A stretch of DNA of 64,000 nucleotides from Rikenellaceae bacterium (GTDB lineage: Bacteria > Bacteroidota > Bacteroidia > Bacteroidales > Rikenellaceae), in contig SUZH01000006.1 of assembly GCA_015060045.1 (NCBI GenBank), forward strand, positions 53,354 to 117,353. Direction: 5' to 3'. Below are positions 28,087 through 36,908 of the stretch, piece by piece (the stretch's first letter is position 1; each line of letters begins with the position of its first letter). The notes under the pieces are model-generated. The model saw nothing but the letters and a program-made list of their open reading frames with translations. It searched no databases and was not told the origin of the DNA. A program made the translations under genes and the position numbers.

Positions 28087-28988
28087 AACAAAAACTCACC
28101 TTCAAAGATTGGTTTCTGGCCACACGTCCGTGGTCGTTCACCGCTTCGGCCCTCTCGGTCGTTGTCGTATTGGTCTACCTCGAATGGTTGACGGGAGCTG
28201 TCAACTGGACAAACGGCACACTTGCCATCCTCGGCATCATCCTTTTCCACGCTGCAGGCAACACCTGGAGCGACTACTGCGACTACAAAAGCGGTGTCGA
28301 TACGGTCGAGGGTGCGATCAGCATCGACACAATCAAAGGGGGACTGTTCCGTGCCGAGCAGATTCGTAACCTCTCGTTCGGACTCCTCGTGCCGGGCATC
28401 ATCATCGGCTTGTGGCTGCTCTACACGACGGGGTGGGGGCTGCTTTGGATCGGTCTGGGCGGTGTGATCTGCACACTCTGCTACCCGCCGTTGAAATACC
28501 GTGCCCTGGGTGATTTGGTCATCATCCTGGCCTACGGCCTGCTACCGGCACTCGGCGCTTCGTGGGTGGCCGTAGGCGAACTCGATTGGCGTGTCTTGTG
28601 GGCTGCCTTCCCCGTAGCCCTTTTGGTCGATGCCATTCTGCACGCCAACAACACGCGCGATGCCAAGACCGACAGCAAGGCAAACATTCGCACCATGGCA
28701 ATGGGCATGGGTGTACAGGCCTCGGTGGTACTCTATGTGCTGGAGCAGCTGATCCCCTTCATTTGGGTAGTTGCGTTGATCCCCTTCCACATCTTCCCGT
28801 GGCTCTCGATTCTCGTCACCTTCGTCATGCGCTTTGCCATCCGCAACACGCGAGCCATGCGCGAATTCAAGGAGACGGGCAACGTGGCCGAGATTGCCGA
28901 TCTCGACCAACGCTCGGCACAAACGCAGATGCTCTTTGCCGTTGTGCTCTGTATCTCGTTCCTGGTAGACCTATTATTACTGCGATGA
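28083..28988 (+). CDS. UbiA-family aromatic prenyltransferase (MenA-like)
   Basis: The ATG overlaps the uvrC stop (ATGA). It has ~8 TM segments and the motif NTWSDYCDYKSGVD, which resembles the MenA NDYGDxxKGxD box. Confidence 0.7.
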   Translation: MKQKLTFKDWFLATRPWSFTASALSVVVVLVYLEWLTGAVNWTNGTLAILGIILFHAAGNTWSDYCDYKSGVDTVEGAISIDTIKGGLFRAEQIRNLSFGLLVPGIIIGLWLLYTTGWGLLWIGLGGVICTLCYPPLKYRALGDLVIILAYGLLPALGASWVAVGELDWRVLWAAFPVALLVDAILHANNTRDAKTDSKANIRTMAMGMGVQASVVLYVLEQLIPFIWVVALIPFHIFPWLSILVTFVMRFAIRNTRAMREFKETGNVAEIADLDQRSAQTQMLFAVVLCISFLVDLLLLR

Positions 28989-29602
28989 AACGACTCTACT
29001 TTGCCCTCTTGGTGGCGCTCCTACTATGGACGCTGATGTTCTGTCCGCTGACCGCCCCGCGTTTCGATTTTTGGGAGATGATGGCCGGTTCGGCCCTGCT
29101 TTTGAGTGGTCTTGCCACCCTCTTCGCACCTGCCTGGTGGACGCGCATGAAGTTCGACACACGCAACATCCTCCTGGGTGTCGTAGTTGCCATCGTGCTT
29201 TGGTGCGTATTTTGGGTTGGCGACAAGGTTTCGTCGTGGATGTTCAACTTCGCCCGCCCGCAGGTCGATCTGATCTACGGCATCAAGGAGGGCGAGTCGC
29301 CCTGGGCACTCTCACTGCTGCTATTGCTGCTGATCGGCCCCGCCGAGGAGATCTTCTGGCGCGGTTACGTGCAAGAGCGCATGTCGAAGAAGTGGGGCTT
29401 GAACCGTGGCTACCTGATCGCTACGGCCTGCTACACGCTGGTGCACGTTCCCTCGTGTAACTTTATGCTCGTCATGGCCTCGCTGGTCTGCGGCTTAGCG
29501 TGGGGCTTCCTCTATCGTCAGATGCCCCAACACTTTACGGGTATCGTCATCTCCCACGCGCTGTGGGATGCAGCGGTCTTTGTCTGGCTACCAATTCTGT
29601 AA
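28985..29602 (+). CDS. CPBP (CAAX) family intramembrane glutamic endopeptidase
   Basis: Start moved to ATG 28985, which overlaps the preceding stop. Diagnostic motifs are EEIFWRGY and HALWD in a polytopic protein of 205 aa. Confidence 0.8.
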   Translation: MKRLYFALLVALLLWTLMFCPLTAPRFDFWEMMAGSALLLSGLATLFAPAWWTRMKFDTRNILLGVVVAIVLWCVFWVGDKVSSWMFNFARPQVDLIYGIKEGESPWALSLLLLLLIGPAEEIFWRGYVQERMSKKWGLNRGYLIATACYTLVHVPSCNFMLVMASLVCGLAWGFLYRQMPQHFTGIVISHALWDAAVFVWLPIL

Positions 29603-29637
29603 AGTTGAAAGTTAAAAGTTGAGAGTTGAAAGTTAGC
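29603..29637 (+). repeat. Heptanucleotide array agttgaa agttaaa agttgag agttgaa agttagc directly after the CPBP stop codon
   Basis: Read directly. TGA/TAA/TGA/TGA/TAG occur at 7-nt spacing and so fall in all three frames. Confidence 0.85.
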
Positions 29638-29693
29638 TCAACAAAAAGGAGATAGCCAACGGTTCAGGCTATCTCCTTATTTTTTTTGTTGAG
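29637..29693. terminator. Bidirectional intrinsic terminator between the convergent CPBP and MTHFS genes; core of a dispersed repeat element
   Basis: The outer stem is ctcaacaaaaa / tttttttgttgag and the inner stem is ggagatagcc / ggctatctcc. Confidence 0.8.
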
Positions 29694-29711
29694 CGGATGA
29701 AAGCACGACAA

Positions 29712-29744
29712 AATTTTCAATTTTCAACTCTCAACTCTCAACTT
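29712..29744 (-). repeat. Heptanucleotide array (minus strand: aagttga gagttga gagttga aaattga aaatt) directly after the MTHFS stop
   Basis: Read directly. There are four TGA at 7-nt spacing on the minus strand. Confidence 0.85.
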
Positions 29745-30281
29745 CTATCCCACGATCACCTCATCGAGCTGCCGATCGTGCGGTTCAACGGGCAGTTGAT
29801 CGAGCAGTTGATGGACATAGCCGACACCGATCGTATAACCACAAAAGTCGCTTTGACACAGGTATTTATCATAATACCCCTTACCACGTCCCATTCGGTC
29901 ACCCGCGGCCGTAAAAGCCACTCCGGGCACGATCATCAATTCGATCTCGGCATGCGGGCACAACGCAGCCTCGTCGCTCGGTTCTTCAATACCGAACGCG
30001 CCACGCACCAACTTCGACGGTTCATAGTAAAAGAAGCGCATCCGATCCCCCTCAACACGGGGCACGGCCACGCGTTTTCCCTGCTCGACCCAGCGTCGCA
30101 AAACCGCCTCGGTCGCAGGTTCGTCAGGCAAGGCACAAAAGGCCGCCACGACCTCCGCACGGCTAAAGTGCTCACTGCGCTCCACTTGTCGGAAAATGCG
30201 CGCCGAAGCCCTCACGCGCTCCTCGGAAGTAAGCGCGCGATTGCGCTGACGCATCGCTGCACGAATCTTGCTTTTATCCAC
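29745..30281 (-). CDS. 5-formyltetrahydrofolate cyclo-ligase (MTHFS)
   Basis: Diagnostic blocks are KSKIRAAMRQRNRALTSEE and IVPGVAFTAAGDRMGRGKGYYDKYL. The first codon at 30281 is GTG; an alternative ATG lies at 30254. Confidence 0.85.
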   Translation of the reverse strand: MDKSKIRAAMRQRNRALTSEERVRASARIFRQVERSEHFSRAEVVAAFCALPDEPATEAVLRRWVEQGKRVAVPRVEGDRMRFFYYEPSKLVRGAFGIEEPSDEAALCPHAEIELMIVPGVAFTAAGDRMGRGKGYYDKYLCQSDFCGYTIGVGYVHQLLDQLPVEPHDRQLDEVIVG

Positions 30282-30333
30282 CTCTATACCTACTTTTAAG
30301 GGGTTTTTCTCTTGTTATTCCGCAAACAATGAT

Positions 30334-30341
30334 TATCTTTG
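30334..30341 (+). promoter_or_regulatory. -7 box TATCTTTG for the frdCAB operon
   Basis: An exact motif ~48 nt upstream of ATG 30390. Confidence 0.6.
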
Positions 30342-30389
30342 TAGGCGAAAATGCAAAATCATTCACAAAAATAACAAATTTTACACATT

Positions 30390-31100
30390 ATGAACTGTTT
30401 TCTTTGCAATTCATCGGTAGGCAAGAAGCTGGTGATGAGTATTTCGGGCTGCGCGCTGGTGCTCTTTATCATCTTCCATATGTCTATGAACCTCACGGCC
30501 CTCTTCTCGGCCGAGGCTTACAACATGATCTGCGAACTGCTGGGTGCCAACTGGTATGCCCTCGTGGGTACGGCCGGTCTGGCAGCACTGGTAGTAGTGC
30601 ACTTCGCCTATGCGTTGATCCTGACGATCAACAACTACCGTGCTCGCGGTACGCAGCGTTATGCTGTTGAGACGAAGGAGCCGGGGGTTTCGTGGGCTTC
30701 GAAGAACATGCTCGCGCTGGGCGTGATCGTACTCGTAGGTCTGCTGCTCCACCTCACGCACTTCTGGGCCAAGATGCAGTTCGTTGAGCTCCTCGGTGGT
30801 CACGAGTCGGAGGTCGGTGGTCAGATGATTGCCGCTACGGACGGTGCTGCGCTGATCGCCTACACCTTCTCGAAGTGGTACAACGTGGTGCTCTACCTCA
30901 TCTGGTTCGTAGCACTCTGGTTCCACCTCACGCACGGCGTATGGTCGATGTTCCAGACCGCAGGTTGGGCTAACGACACGTGGTATCCCCGCCTGAAGTG
31001 CATCGCCAACCTCGTGGCTACGCTCATCTTCCTCTGCTTTGCCGCTGTTGTGGTGATCTTCTTCATCAAGGCTCAGTGCGGTTGCTGCGGCGCTTGCTAA
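30390..31100 (+). CDS. frdC: Fumarate reductase/succinate dehydrogenase cytochrome b subunit (Bacteroides type)
   Basis: 236 aa with 5 TM segments and conserved His residues (IFHMSMN, VVVHFAYA, LLLHLTHF, WFHLTHG). It is the first gene of a three-gene operon. Confidence 0.85.
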   Translation: MNCFLCNSSVGKKLVMSISGCALVLFIIFHMSMNLTALFSAEAYNMICELLGANWYALVGTAGLAALVVVHFAYALILTINNYRARGTQRYAVETKEPGVSWASKNMLALGVIVLVGLLLHLTHFWAKMQFVELLGGHESEVGGQMIAATDGAALIAYTFSKWYNVVLYLIWFVALWFHLTHGVWSMFQTAGWANDTWYPRLKCIANLVATLIFLCFAAVVVIFFIKAQCGCCGAC

Positions 31101-31136
31101 TCTACCCTATCAAGAACAAACAAAACACATTCAGAT

Positions 31137-33083
31137 ATGGCTTTCAAATTAGATGCTAAAATTCCTGCCGGCGCACTTGCCGACAAGTGGAGCAATCACA
31201 AGGCAGCGATCAAGGTCGTGAGTCCGGCCAACAAGCGTAAGCTCGATATTATCGTGATCGGTACGGGTCTGGGTGGCGGTGCAGCCGCTGCTTCGCTCGG
31301 TGAGCTGGGTTACAACGTGAAGGTATTCTGCATTCAGGATTCGCCTCGTCGCGCCCACTCGATCGCCGCACAGGGCGGTATCAACGCAGCCAAGAACTAC
31401 CAGAACGACAACGACTCGGTATATCGTCTCTTCTACGATACGATCAAGGGTGGTGACTACCGCGCTCGTGAGGCCAACGTATATCGTCTGGCCGAGGTTT
31501 CGAACCTCATCATCGACCAGTGCGTAGCACAAGGCGTACCTTTCGCTCGTGAGTACGGCGGTCTGCTGGCTAACCGTTCGTTCGGTGGCGCGCAGGTATC
31601 GCGTACCTTCTATGCCCGCGGTCAAACGGGTCAGCAGCTCCTGCTGGGTGCCTATGCAGCCCTGAACAAGGAGATCGCTGCCGGTTCGGTAAAGAGCTAT
31701 CCGCGTCACGAGATGCTCGACATCGTTGTAGAGGATGGCGAGGCTAAGGGTATCATCGCTCGCAACCTGGTAACGGGTGAGATCGAGCGCCACGGTGCTC
31801 ACGCCGTTGTAATCGCCTCGGGTGGTTACGGTAACGTATTCTTCCTCTCGACCAACGCCATGGGCTCGAACGGTTCGGCCGCCTTCCAGTGCTACCGCAA
31901 GGGTGCCGGTTTTGCGAACCCCTGCTTCACGCAGATTCACCCCACCTGTATCCCCGTACACGGTACGCAGCAGTCGAAGCTGACGCTGATGTCGGAGTCG
32001 TTGCGTAACGATGGTCGTATTTGGGTTCCGAAGAAGCTGGAGGATGTAAAGGCCCTGCGTGCCGGTACGTTGAAGCCCTCGGACATCAAGGAGGAGGATC
32101 GCGACTACTACCTGGAGCGTCGCTACCCCGCCTTCGGTAACCTGGTACCGCGTGACGTGGCTTCGCGTGCAGCGAAGGAGCGTTGCGACGCCGGTTTCGG
32201 TGTGAATGAGACGGGTCTAGCCGTATTCCTCGACTTCAAGACTGCCATCGAGCGTCTGGGTGAGGATATCATCAAGCAGCGTTACGGCAACCTCTTCGAT
32301 ATGTACGAGGAGATCACCGACGTAAGCCCCTACAAGGAGCCGATGCAGATCTTCCCCGCCGTACACTACACGATGGGTGGTATCTGGGTAGACTATAACC
32401 TGATGACCACGATCCCGGGTCTCTACGCCATTGGCGAGGCCAACTTCTCGGACCATGGTGCTAACCGCCTTGGTGCTTCGGCCCTGATGCAGGGTCTGGC
32501 TGACGGTTACTTCGTGCTGCCCTACACGATTGGCGACTACCTCTCGAAGAAGATTCAGGCTCCGAAGGTCAATGTCAACACGCCCGCATTCGACGAGGCT
32601 GAGAAGGCCGTGAAGGAGAAGATCCAGAAGCTGATGTCGATTAACGGTAAGCAGTCGGTAGACGATATCCACAAGAAGCTGGGTAACATCATGTGGGAGA
32701 ACGTAGGTATGGCCCGTACGGAGGAGTCGCTCAAGACCGCCATCAAGGAGATCCAGGCACTGCGCAAGGAGTTCTGGAAGGACGTGAAGGTGGTTGGTGA
32801 TCCGATGTCGTTCAACGTGGAGTTGGAGAAGGCCCTGCGTCTGGCCGACTTCCTGGAGCTGGGTGAGCTGATGGCTCGCGACGCCCTGAACCGTGAGGAG
32901 TCGTGCGGTGGTCACTTCCGCTCGGAGCACCAGACCGAGGAGGGTGAGGCCCTGCGTCACGACGACAAGTTCGCCTACGCTGCCGTTTGGGAGTACAAGG
33001 GCATGGACGTGGAGCCCGAGCTGACGAAGGAACCGCTCGAGTACGAGTTCACGCACCGCGCACAGCGTAACTACAAAGACTAA
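31137..33083 (+). CDS. frdA: Fumarate reductase/succinate dehydrogenase flavoprotein subunit
   Basis: The FAD-binding N-terminus is [15 protein letters not shown], the covalent-FAD His context is [14 protein letters not shown], and HPT and HYTMGG blocks are present. Length is 648 aa. Confidence 0.93.
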   Translation: MAFKLDAKIPAGALADKWSNHKAAIKVVSPANKRKLDIIVIGTGLGGGAAAASLGELGYNVKVFCIQDSPRRAHSIAAQGGINAAKNYQNDNDSVYRLFYDTIKGGDYRAREANVYRLAEVSNLIIDQCVAQGVPFAREYGGLLANRSFGGAQVSRTFYARGQTGQQLLLGAYAALNKEIAAGSVKSYPRHEMLDIVVEDGEAKGIIARNLVTGEIERHGAHAVVIASGGYGNVFFLSTNAMGSNGSAAFQCYRKGAGFANPCFTQIHPTCIPVHGTQQSKLTLMSESLRNDGRIWVPKKLEDVKALRAGTLKPSDIKEEDRDYYLERRYPAFGNLVPRDVASRAAKERCDAGFGVNETGLAVFLDFKTAIERLGEDIIKQRYGNLFDMYEEITDVSPYKEPMQIFPAVHYTMGGIWVDYNLMTTIPGLYAIGEANFSDHGANRLGASALMQGLADGYFVLPYTIGDYLSKKIQAPKVNVNTPAFDEAEKAVKEKIQKLMSINGKQSVDDIHKKLGNIMWENVGMARTEESLKTAIKEIQALRKEFWKDVKVVGDPMSFNVELEKALRLADFLELGELMARDALNREESCGGHFRSEHQTEEGEALRHDDKFAYAAVWEYKGMDVEPELTKEPLEYEFTHRAQRNYKD

Positions 33084-33121
33084 TCACTTTTGACGTACAA
33101 CACTTTAATAACACAGAAATT

Positions 33122-33865
33122 ATGAATTTCACCTTAAAGATATGGCGTCAGAAGGACGCAAAATCGAAGGGCGCATTCGAGACCTATCAGGTTAAGGACA
33201 TCTCGGCCGACACCTCGTTCCTCGAAATGCTCGATATTCTGAACAACGACCTCGTACACGAGGGTAAGGATCCCGTGGCTTTCGACCACGACTGCCGCGA
33301 GGGTATCTGCGGTATGTGCTCGCTGCACATCAACGGTCTTGCTCATGGTCCCGGTCAGGCCGCTACGACCTGCCAGATCTACATGCGTAAGTTCAAGGAT
33401 GGCGACACGATCACAATCGAGCCGTGGCGCTCGGCCGCTTTCCCCGTGATCAAGGACCTCGTAGTGAATCGTGGTGCTTACGACCAGATTCTCCAGGCCG
33501 GTGGTTACGTTTCGGTACGCACCAACTCGGTGCCCGACGCCAACGCTATTCCGATTCCGAAGGCTGACGCCGACGAGTCGATGGATGCTGCTGCCTGCAT
33601 CGGTTGCGGTGCTTGCGCTGCTACGTGTAAGAATGGTTCGGCTATGTTGTTCGTAGCTGCCCGCGTTTCGTCGCTGGCCAAGCTGCCGCAGGGCCGCGTC
33701 GAGGGTGCTCGTCGTGCCAAGGCGATGGTTGCCAAGATGGACGAGCTGGGCTTCGGTAACTGCACCAACACGGGTGCTTGCCAGGCCGAGTGCCCGAAGG
33801 GTATCTCGATCGCGCATATCGCACGACTCAATCGTGAATTCTTGTCGGCTAAGCTGCAGGACTAA
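33122..33865 (+). CDS. frdB: Fumarate reductase/succinate dehydrogenase iron-sulfur subunit
   Basis: Cys clusters are [20 protein letters not shown] and [12 protein letters not shown]. Length is 247 aa. Confidence 0.92.
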   Translation: MNFTLKIWRQKDAKSKGAFETYQVKDISADTSFLEMLDILNNDLVHEGKDPVAFDHDCREGICGMCSLHINGLAHGPGQAATTCQIYMRKFKDGDTITIEPWRSAAFPVIKDLVVNRGAYDQILQAGGYVSVRTNSVPDANAIPIPKADADESMDAAACIGCGACAATCKNGSAMLFVAARVSSLAKLPQGRVEGARRAKAMVAKMDELGFGNCTNTGACQAECPKGISIAHIARLNREFLSAKLQD

Positions 33866-33884
33866 CACTTCACATCTATTCCAC

Positions 33885-33916
33885 AAAAAAGAGTGTCCAT
33901 CGGGCACTCTTTTTTG
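33885..33916. terminator. Terminator hairpin after frdB (A-run/stem/T-run)
   Basis: The sequence is aaaaaagagtgtcc-atcg-ggcactcttttttg. Confidence 0.75.
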
Positions 33917-34006
33917 TTTTCGTTATGCAAGCGTGCGATATGCGCTGTGCGCAGTTGTTATTCACATCCCCCCTCCCCCTTGCAAAGGGGGCGATTCGCT
34001 CGCCTG

Positions 34007-34042
34007 AACCGTGAGTTCCTGGCTGCAAAGATTCAGGACTAA
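34007..34042 (+). repeat. Diverged second copy of the last 11 codons plus stop of frdB (encodes NREFLAAKIQD*)
   Basis: It aligns by eye to 33830-33865 ([11 protein letters not shown]). A third copy at 34110-34139 encodes EFLSAKIQD*. Confidence 0.75.
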
Positions 34043-34059
34043 AACACACTGCTATACGC

Positions 34060-34097
34060 AAAAAAACGAGTGGTCAAAATTGACCACTCGTTTTTTG
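34060..34097. terminator. Second terminator-like hairpin following the frdB-end relic
   Basis: The sequence is aaaaaaacgagtggtca-aaat-tgaccactcgtttttt. Confidence 0.7.
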
Positions 34098-34248
34098 TTG
34101 TGCAGAGGCGAGTTCTTATCTGCGAAGATTCAGGACTGATTCTAAATTTTATTGTGGACGGATGTTAATCATGGGAGTTCTCTTGGGCAATTTGAGAGCA
34201 TTTCTTGCAGAAATCCCCCAAAGCTGCGGTTTTCAGCATTTTTTGTTG

Positions 34249-34256
34249 TACATTTG
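34249..34256 (+). promoter_or_regulatory. -7 box TACATTTG for the alpha/beta-hydrolase gene, 6 nt before the ATG
   Basis: It matches TAnnTTTG, with the ATG at 34263. Confidence 0.5.
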
Positions 34257-34262
34257 CACCTA

Positions 34263-35039
34263 ATGTTGCACTACAAAACCATAGAGAAAAGCCCCGAAAG
34301 CCCCTGGATTGTGATGATCCACGGTGCGGGAGGCAGTAGCGCGGTGTGGTTTCGCCAGATTGGCGACTACCGCAACCACTTCAACCTCCTGCTGGTCGAT
34401 CTGGTGGGTCATGGCGGCTCGATGGCGCAGATCGTGAGCAAGGAGTTCAGCTTCGAGCGTGCCGCCGAGCAGGTGATGGAGGTGGTGGACCACGTCGGCA
34501 TCCACAAGGCGCACTACATGGGCCTTTCGCTCGGCAGCATCATCGTCCGCGTGATTGCCGAGGAGCAGCCCGAGCGGGTCGATTCGATGGTTTTGGCGGG
34601 TGCGGTGACGCAATTAGGTTGGGAGGCGCGCACGCTCCTGAAGCTGGCCGATTGGGGCAAACACATCGTCCCCTACCGCCTCTTGAAGTGGTGCATTGCC
34701 AAAGCGATCATCCCGCAACGCCGCTACGGCAAGTCGATGCACCTCTTCCTCGAAAATGCGAAGAAGGTCTCGTTTGACAACTTCCTGCGCTGGCTCACGC
34801 TGAGCGACAACATCACAGGTCGTCTGGGCCGTCTCTTCTCGAAAAAGCTTTCGATTCCCACCCTCTACCTCATGGGCGAGGGCGACTACCTCTTCCTGCC
34901 GCCCGTCTATCTCGCGGCGCAGGTATCGAAGGACTACGCCTCGGTGGTGATCGTGCCCGATGCGGGCCATGTCTGCAACATCGACAACAACAAGTTCTTC
35001 AACCGCGCCTCGATCGAGTGGTTGAGAAACCTGGCATAA
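34263..35039 (+). CDS. Alpha/beta-fold hydrolase
   Basis: Start moved to ATG 34263 (MLHYKTIEK...). It has an HGAGGS oxyanion region, the nucleophile elbow GLSLGS and a C-terminal DAGH. Confidence 0.75.
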   Translation: MLHYKTIEKSPESPWIVMIHGAGGSSAVWFRQIGDYRNHFNLLLVDLVGHGGSMAQIVSKEFSFERAAEQVMEVVDHVGIHKAHYMGLSLGSIIVRVIAEEQPERVDSMVLAGAVTQLGWEARTLLKLADWGKHIVPYRLLKWCIAKAIIPQRRYGKSMHLFLENAKKVSFDNFLRWLTLSDNITGRLGRLFSKKLSIPTLYLMGEGDYLFLPPVYLAAQVSKDYASVVIVPDAGHVCNIDNNKFFNRASIEWLRNLA

Positions 35040-35050
35040 AACTTACCCCT

Positions 35051-35947
35051 ATGAGATTCAAGAAATTGGTTGCTATCGAGCCGGTGAGTCTGATCCCGTC
35101 GGCCGAAATGGAGCTCTACACCTTGGCTGACGAGGTGAAGCTCTACGATGATATTCCCACCTCGAACGAGGAGATTGCTGCCCGCGTGGGCGATGCCGAT
35201 GCGGTGCTATTGAGCTACACCTCGCGCCTGGAGCGTACGGCGATGGAGAAGTGCCCCAACATCCGCTATGTCGGGATGTGCTGCTCGTTGTACTCGCCCG
35301 AGAGTGCCAATGTCGATATTCGCTATGCCGAGAGCCGCGGTATCACCGTGACGGGCATCCGCGACTATGGCGACGAGGGTGTCGTGGAGTATGTCGTCAG
35401 CGAGCTGGTGCGCCTCCTGCACGGCTTTGGCGAGGAGCCCTGGGAGGGAATGCCGCGCGAGATCACGGGCCTCAAGGTCGGCATCGTGGGTCTCGGCAAG
35501 TCGGGCGGCATGATTGCCGATGCGATGCGCTTCTTCGGGGCCGAGGTGAGCTATTTCGCCCGTTCGGAGAAGGAGTGGGCCAAGGAGAAGGGTTACACGT
35601 TCCTGCCGCTGAAGGAGCTGCTGAAGCAAAGCTCGGTGGTCTTCTGCTGCCTGAACAAGAACACGGTGCTGCTGCACGAGGAGGAGTTTGAGGCGTTAGG
35701 CTACGGCAAGGTGCTGTTCAACACGGGTCTTTCGCCCGCGTGGGATGAGCCGGCGCTGATGAAGTGGTTCGCAGGTTGCGGTTGCCGTCTCTACTGCGAC
35801 ACGGTGGGCGCTTTGGGTGGCGAGCACCTCCTCGATCACCCCTTTGTGCGCTGCGTGAATGTCTCGACGGGTCGCACGAAGCAGGCCTTTGTCCGCCTGA
35901 GCGAGAAGGTGCTGCACAATATGAAGGTATTCCTCGGAAGAGCGTAA
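35051..35947 (+). CDS. D-isomer-specific 2-hydroxyacid dehydrogenase-like NAD-binding protein (divergent)
   Basis: Start moved to ATG 35051. The Rossmann motif is VGIVGLGKSGG. The overall 2-HADH layout is present, but the canonical catalytic Arg and His positions look substituted (alignment by eye only). Confidence 0.6.
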   Translation: MRFKKLVAIEPVSLIPSAEMELYTLADEVKLYDDIPTSNEEIAARVGDADAVLLSYTSRLERTAMEKCPNIRYVGMCCSLYSPESANVDIRYAESRGITVTGIRDYGDEGVVEYVVSELVRLLHGFGEEPWEGMPREITGLKVGIVGLGKSGGMIADAMRFFGAEVSYFARSEKEWAKEKGYTFLPLKELLKQSSVVFCCLNKNTVLLHEEEFEALGYGKVLFNTGLSPAWDEPALMKWFAGCGCRLYCDTVGALGGEHLLDHPFVRCVNVSTGRTKQAFVRLSEKVLHNMKVFLGRA

Positions 35948-35953
35948 CGAAAA

Positions 35954-35993
35954 AATTAAGAATTAAAAATTAAGAATTGCTTAATTCTTAATT
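35954..35993. repeat. Heptanucleotide array aattaag aattaaa aattaag aatt followed by its inverted copy (cttaatt cttaatt); AT-only hairpin
   Basis: Read directly. Positions 35968-35993 form an 11-bp stem with a 4-nt loop, and there are three TAA at 7-nt spacing. Confidence 0.8.
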
Positions 35994-36013
35994 GCATAAG
36001 CGGAACAAAAAAG

Positions 36014-36808
36014 ATGAAAAAACTGCGTCTTGGAATTGTTGGCTGCGGTCGTCTGAATCGCATTGTAGCCGAGGCGGTGGCCGATGGTCTGCTGCCCGAA
36101 TATGAGTTGGTGGGATGCTACTCGCGCACCTACGAGAGTGCCGAAAAGCTCTCTGCTGCGATGGCCGAGCGAGGCATCGCCTGCAAGCCCTGCCACACGA
36201 TTGAGGAGCTGCTGGAGCAGCGCCCCGACATCGTGGCCGAGGCCGCTACGCCGGCCGGCATGCGTGCCGTAGCGGTGAAGTGCCTCGAAAACGGTTGCTC
36301 GATTGTCTGCCTTTCGATCGGTGCTTTTGCCGACGAGCGCTTCTACGCCGAGGTGCGTGCAACGGCTGCCAAGCACGGCACAAAGGTCTATATGGCCTCG
36401 GGCGCTACGGGCGGTTTCGATGTCCTGCGCACGGCAACGCTCATGGGCGGTGCGACAGCCGAGTTCTTCAACGAGAAGGGCCCCAACGCCCTGAAGGGTA
36501 CGCCCGTCTATGACGAAAAGCTTCAAAGCGAGCAGCGCGTAGTCTTCTACGGCACGGCCAAGGAGGCCATCGCCAAGTTCCCCACGCGCGTGAATGTCAC
36601 CGTGGCCGCCTCGCGCGCCTCGGTAGGCCCCGAGAAGATGAATGTCACGATGCAATCCTCGCCCTATTTCCGTGGCGACACGCAGCGTGTCGAGATTCGC
36701 AACCCGCAGGTACGCGCCACGGTCGATGTCTATAGTGCCACGCCCGAAATCGCCGCCTGGTCGGTGGTCGCCGTGCTGCAAAACATCGTCTCGCCCATCG
36801 TCTTTTAG
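36014..36808 (+). CDS. Aspartate dehydrogenase-family (NadX-like) oxidoreductase
   Basis: The N-terminal Rossmann motif is LGIVGCGRLN. The central SGATGGFDVL block and a length of ~264 aa are typical of NadX/DUF108 proteins. Confidence 0.65.
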   Translation: MKKLRLGIVGCGRLNRIVAEAVADGLLPEYELVGCYSRTYESAEKLSAAMAERGIACKPCHTIEELLEQRPDIVAEAATPAGMRAVAVKCLENGCSIVCLSIGAFADERFYAEVRATAAKHGTKVYMASGATGGFDVLRTATLMGGATAEFFNEKGPNALKGTPVYDEKLQSEQRVVFYGTAKEAIAKFPTRVNVTVAASRASVGPEKMNVTMQSSPYFRGDTQRVEIRNPQVRATVDVYSATPEIAAWSVVAVLQNIVSPIVF

Positions 36809-36814
36809 ACAAAG

Positions 36815-36905
36815 GGGATTAAGGGTTACTAAAACTAAAGGCTGCCAAGGAGTTTTCATAGCCCCTTAGCAGCCTTTAGTCGTCTTTCAGTTCCGTTTAT
36901 CGGCG
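36815..36905. repeat. Imperfect palindrome built from CCTTTAG-type 10-bp units, between the convergent NadX-like and TlpA-like genes
   Basis: ctaaaggctgc at ~36835-36845 pairs with gcagcctttag at ~36878-36888. The right arm is gccccttagc agcctttagt cgtctttcag ttccgtttat. Confidence 0.65.
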
Positions 36906-36908
36906 TTT

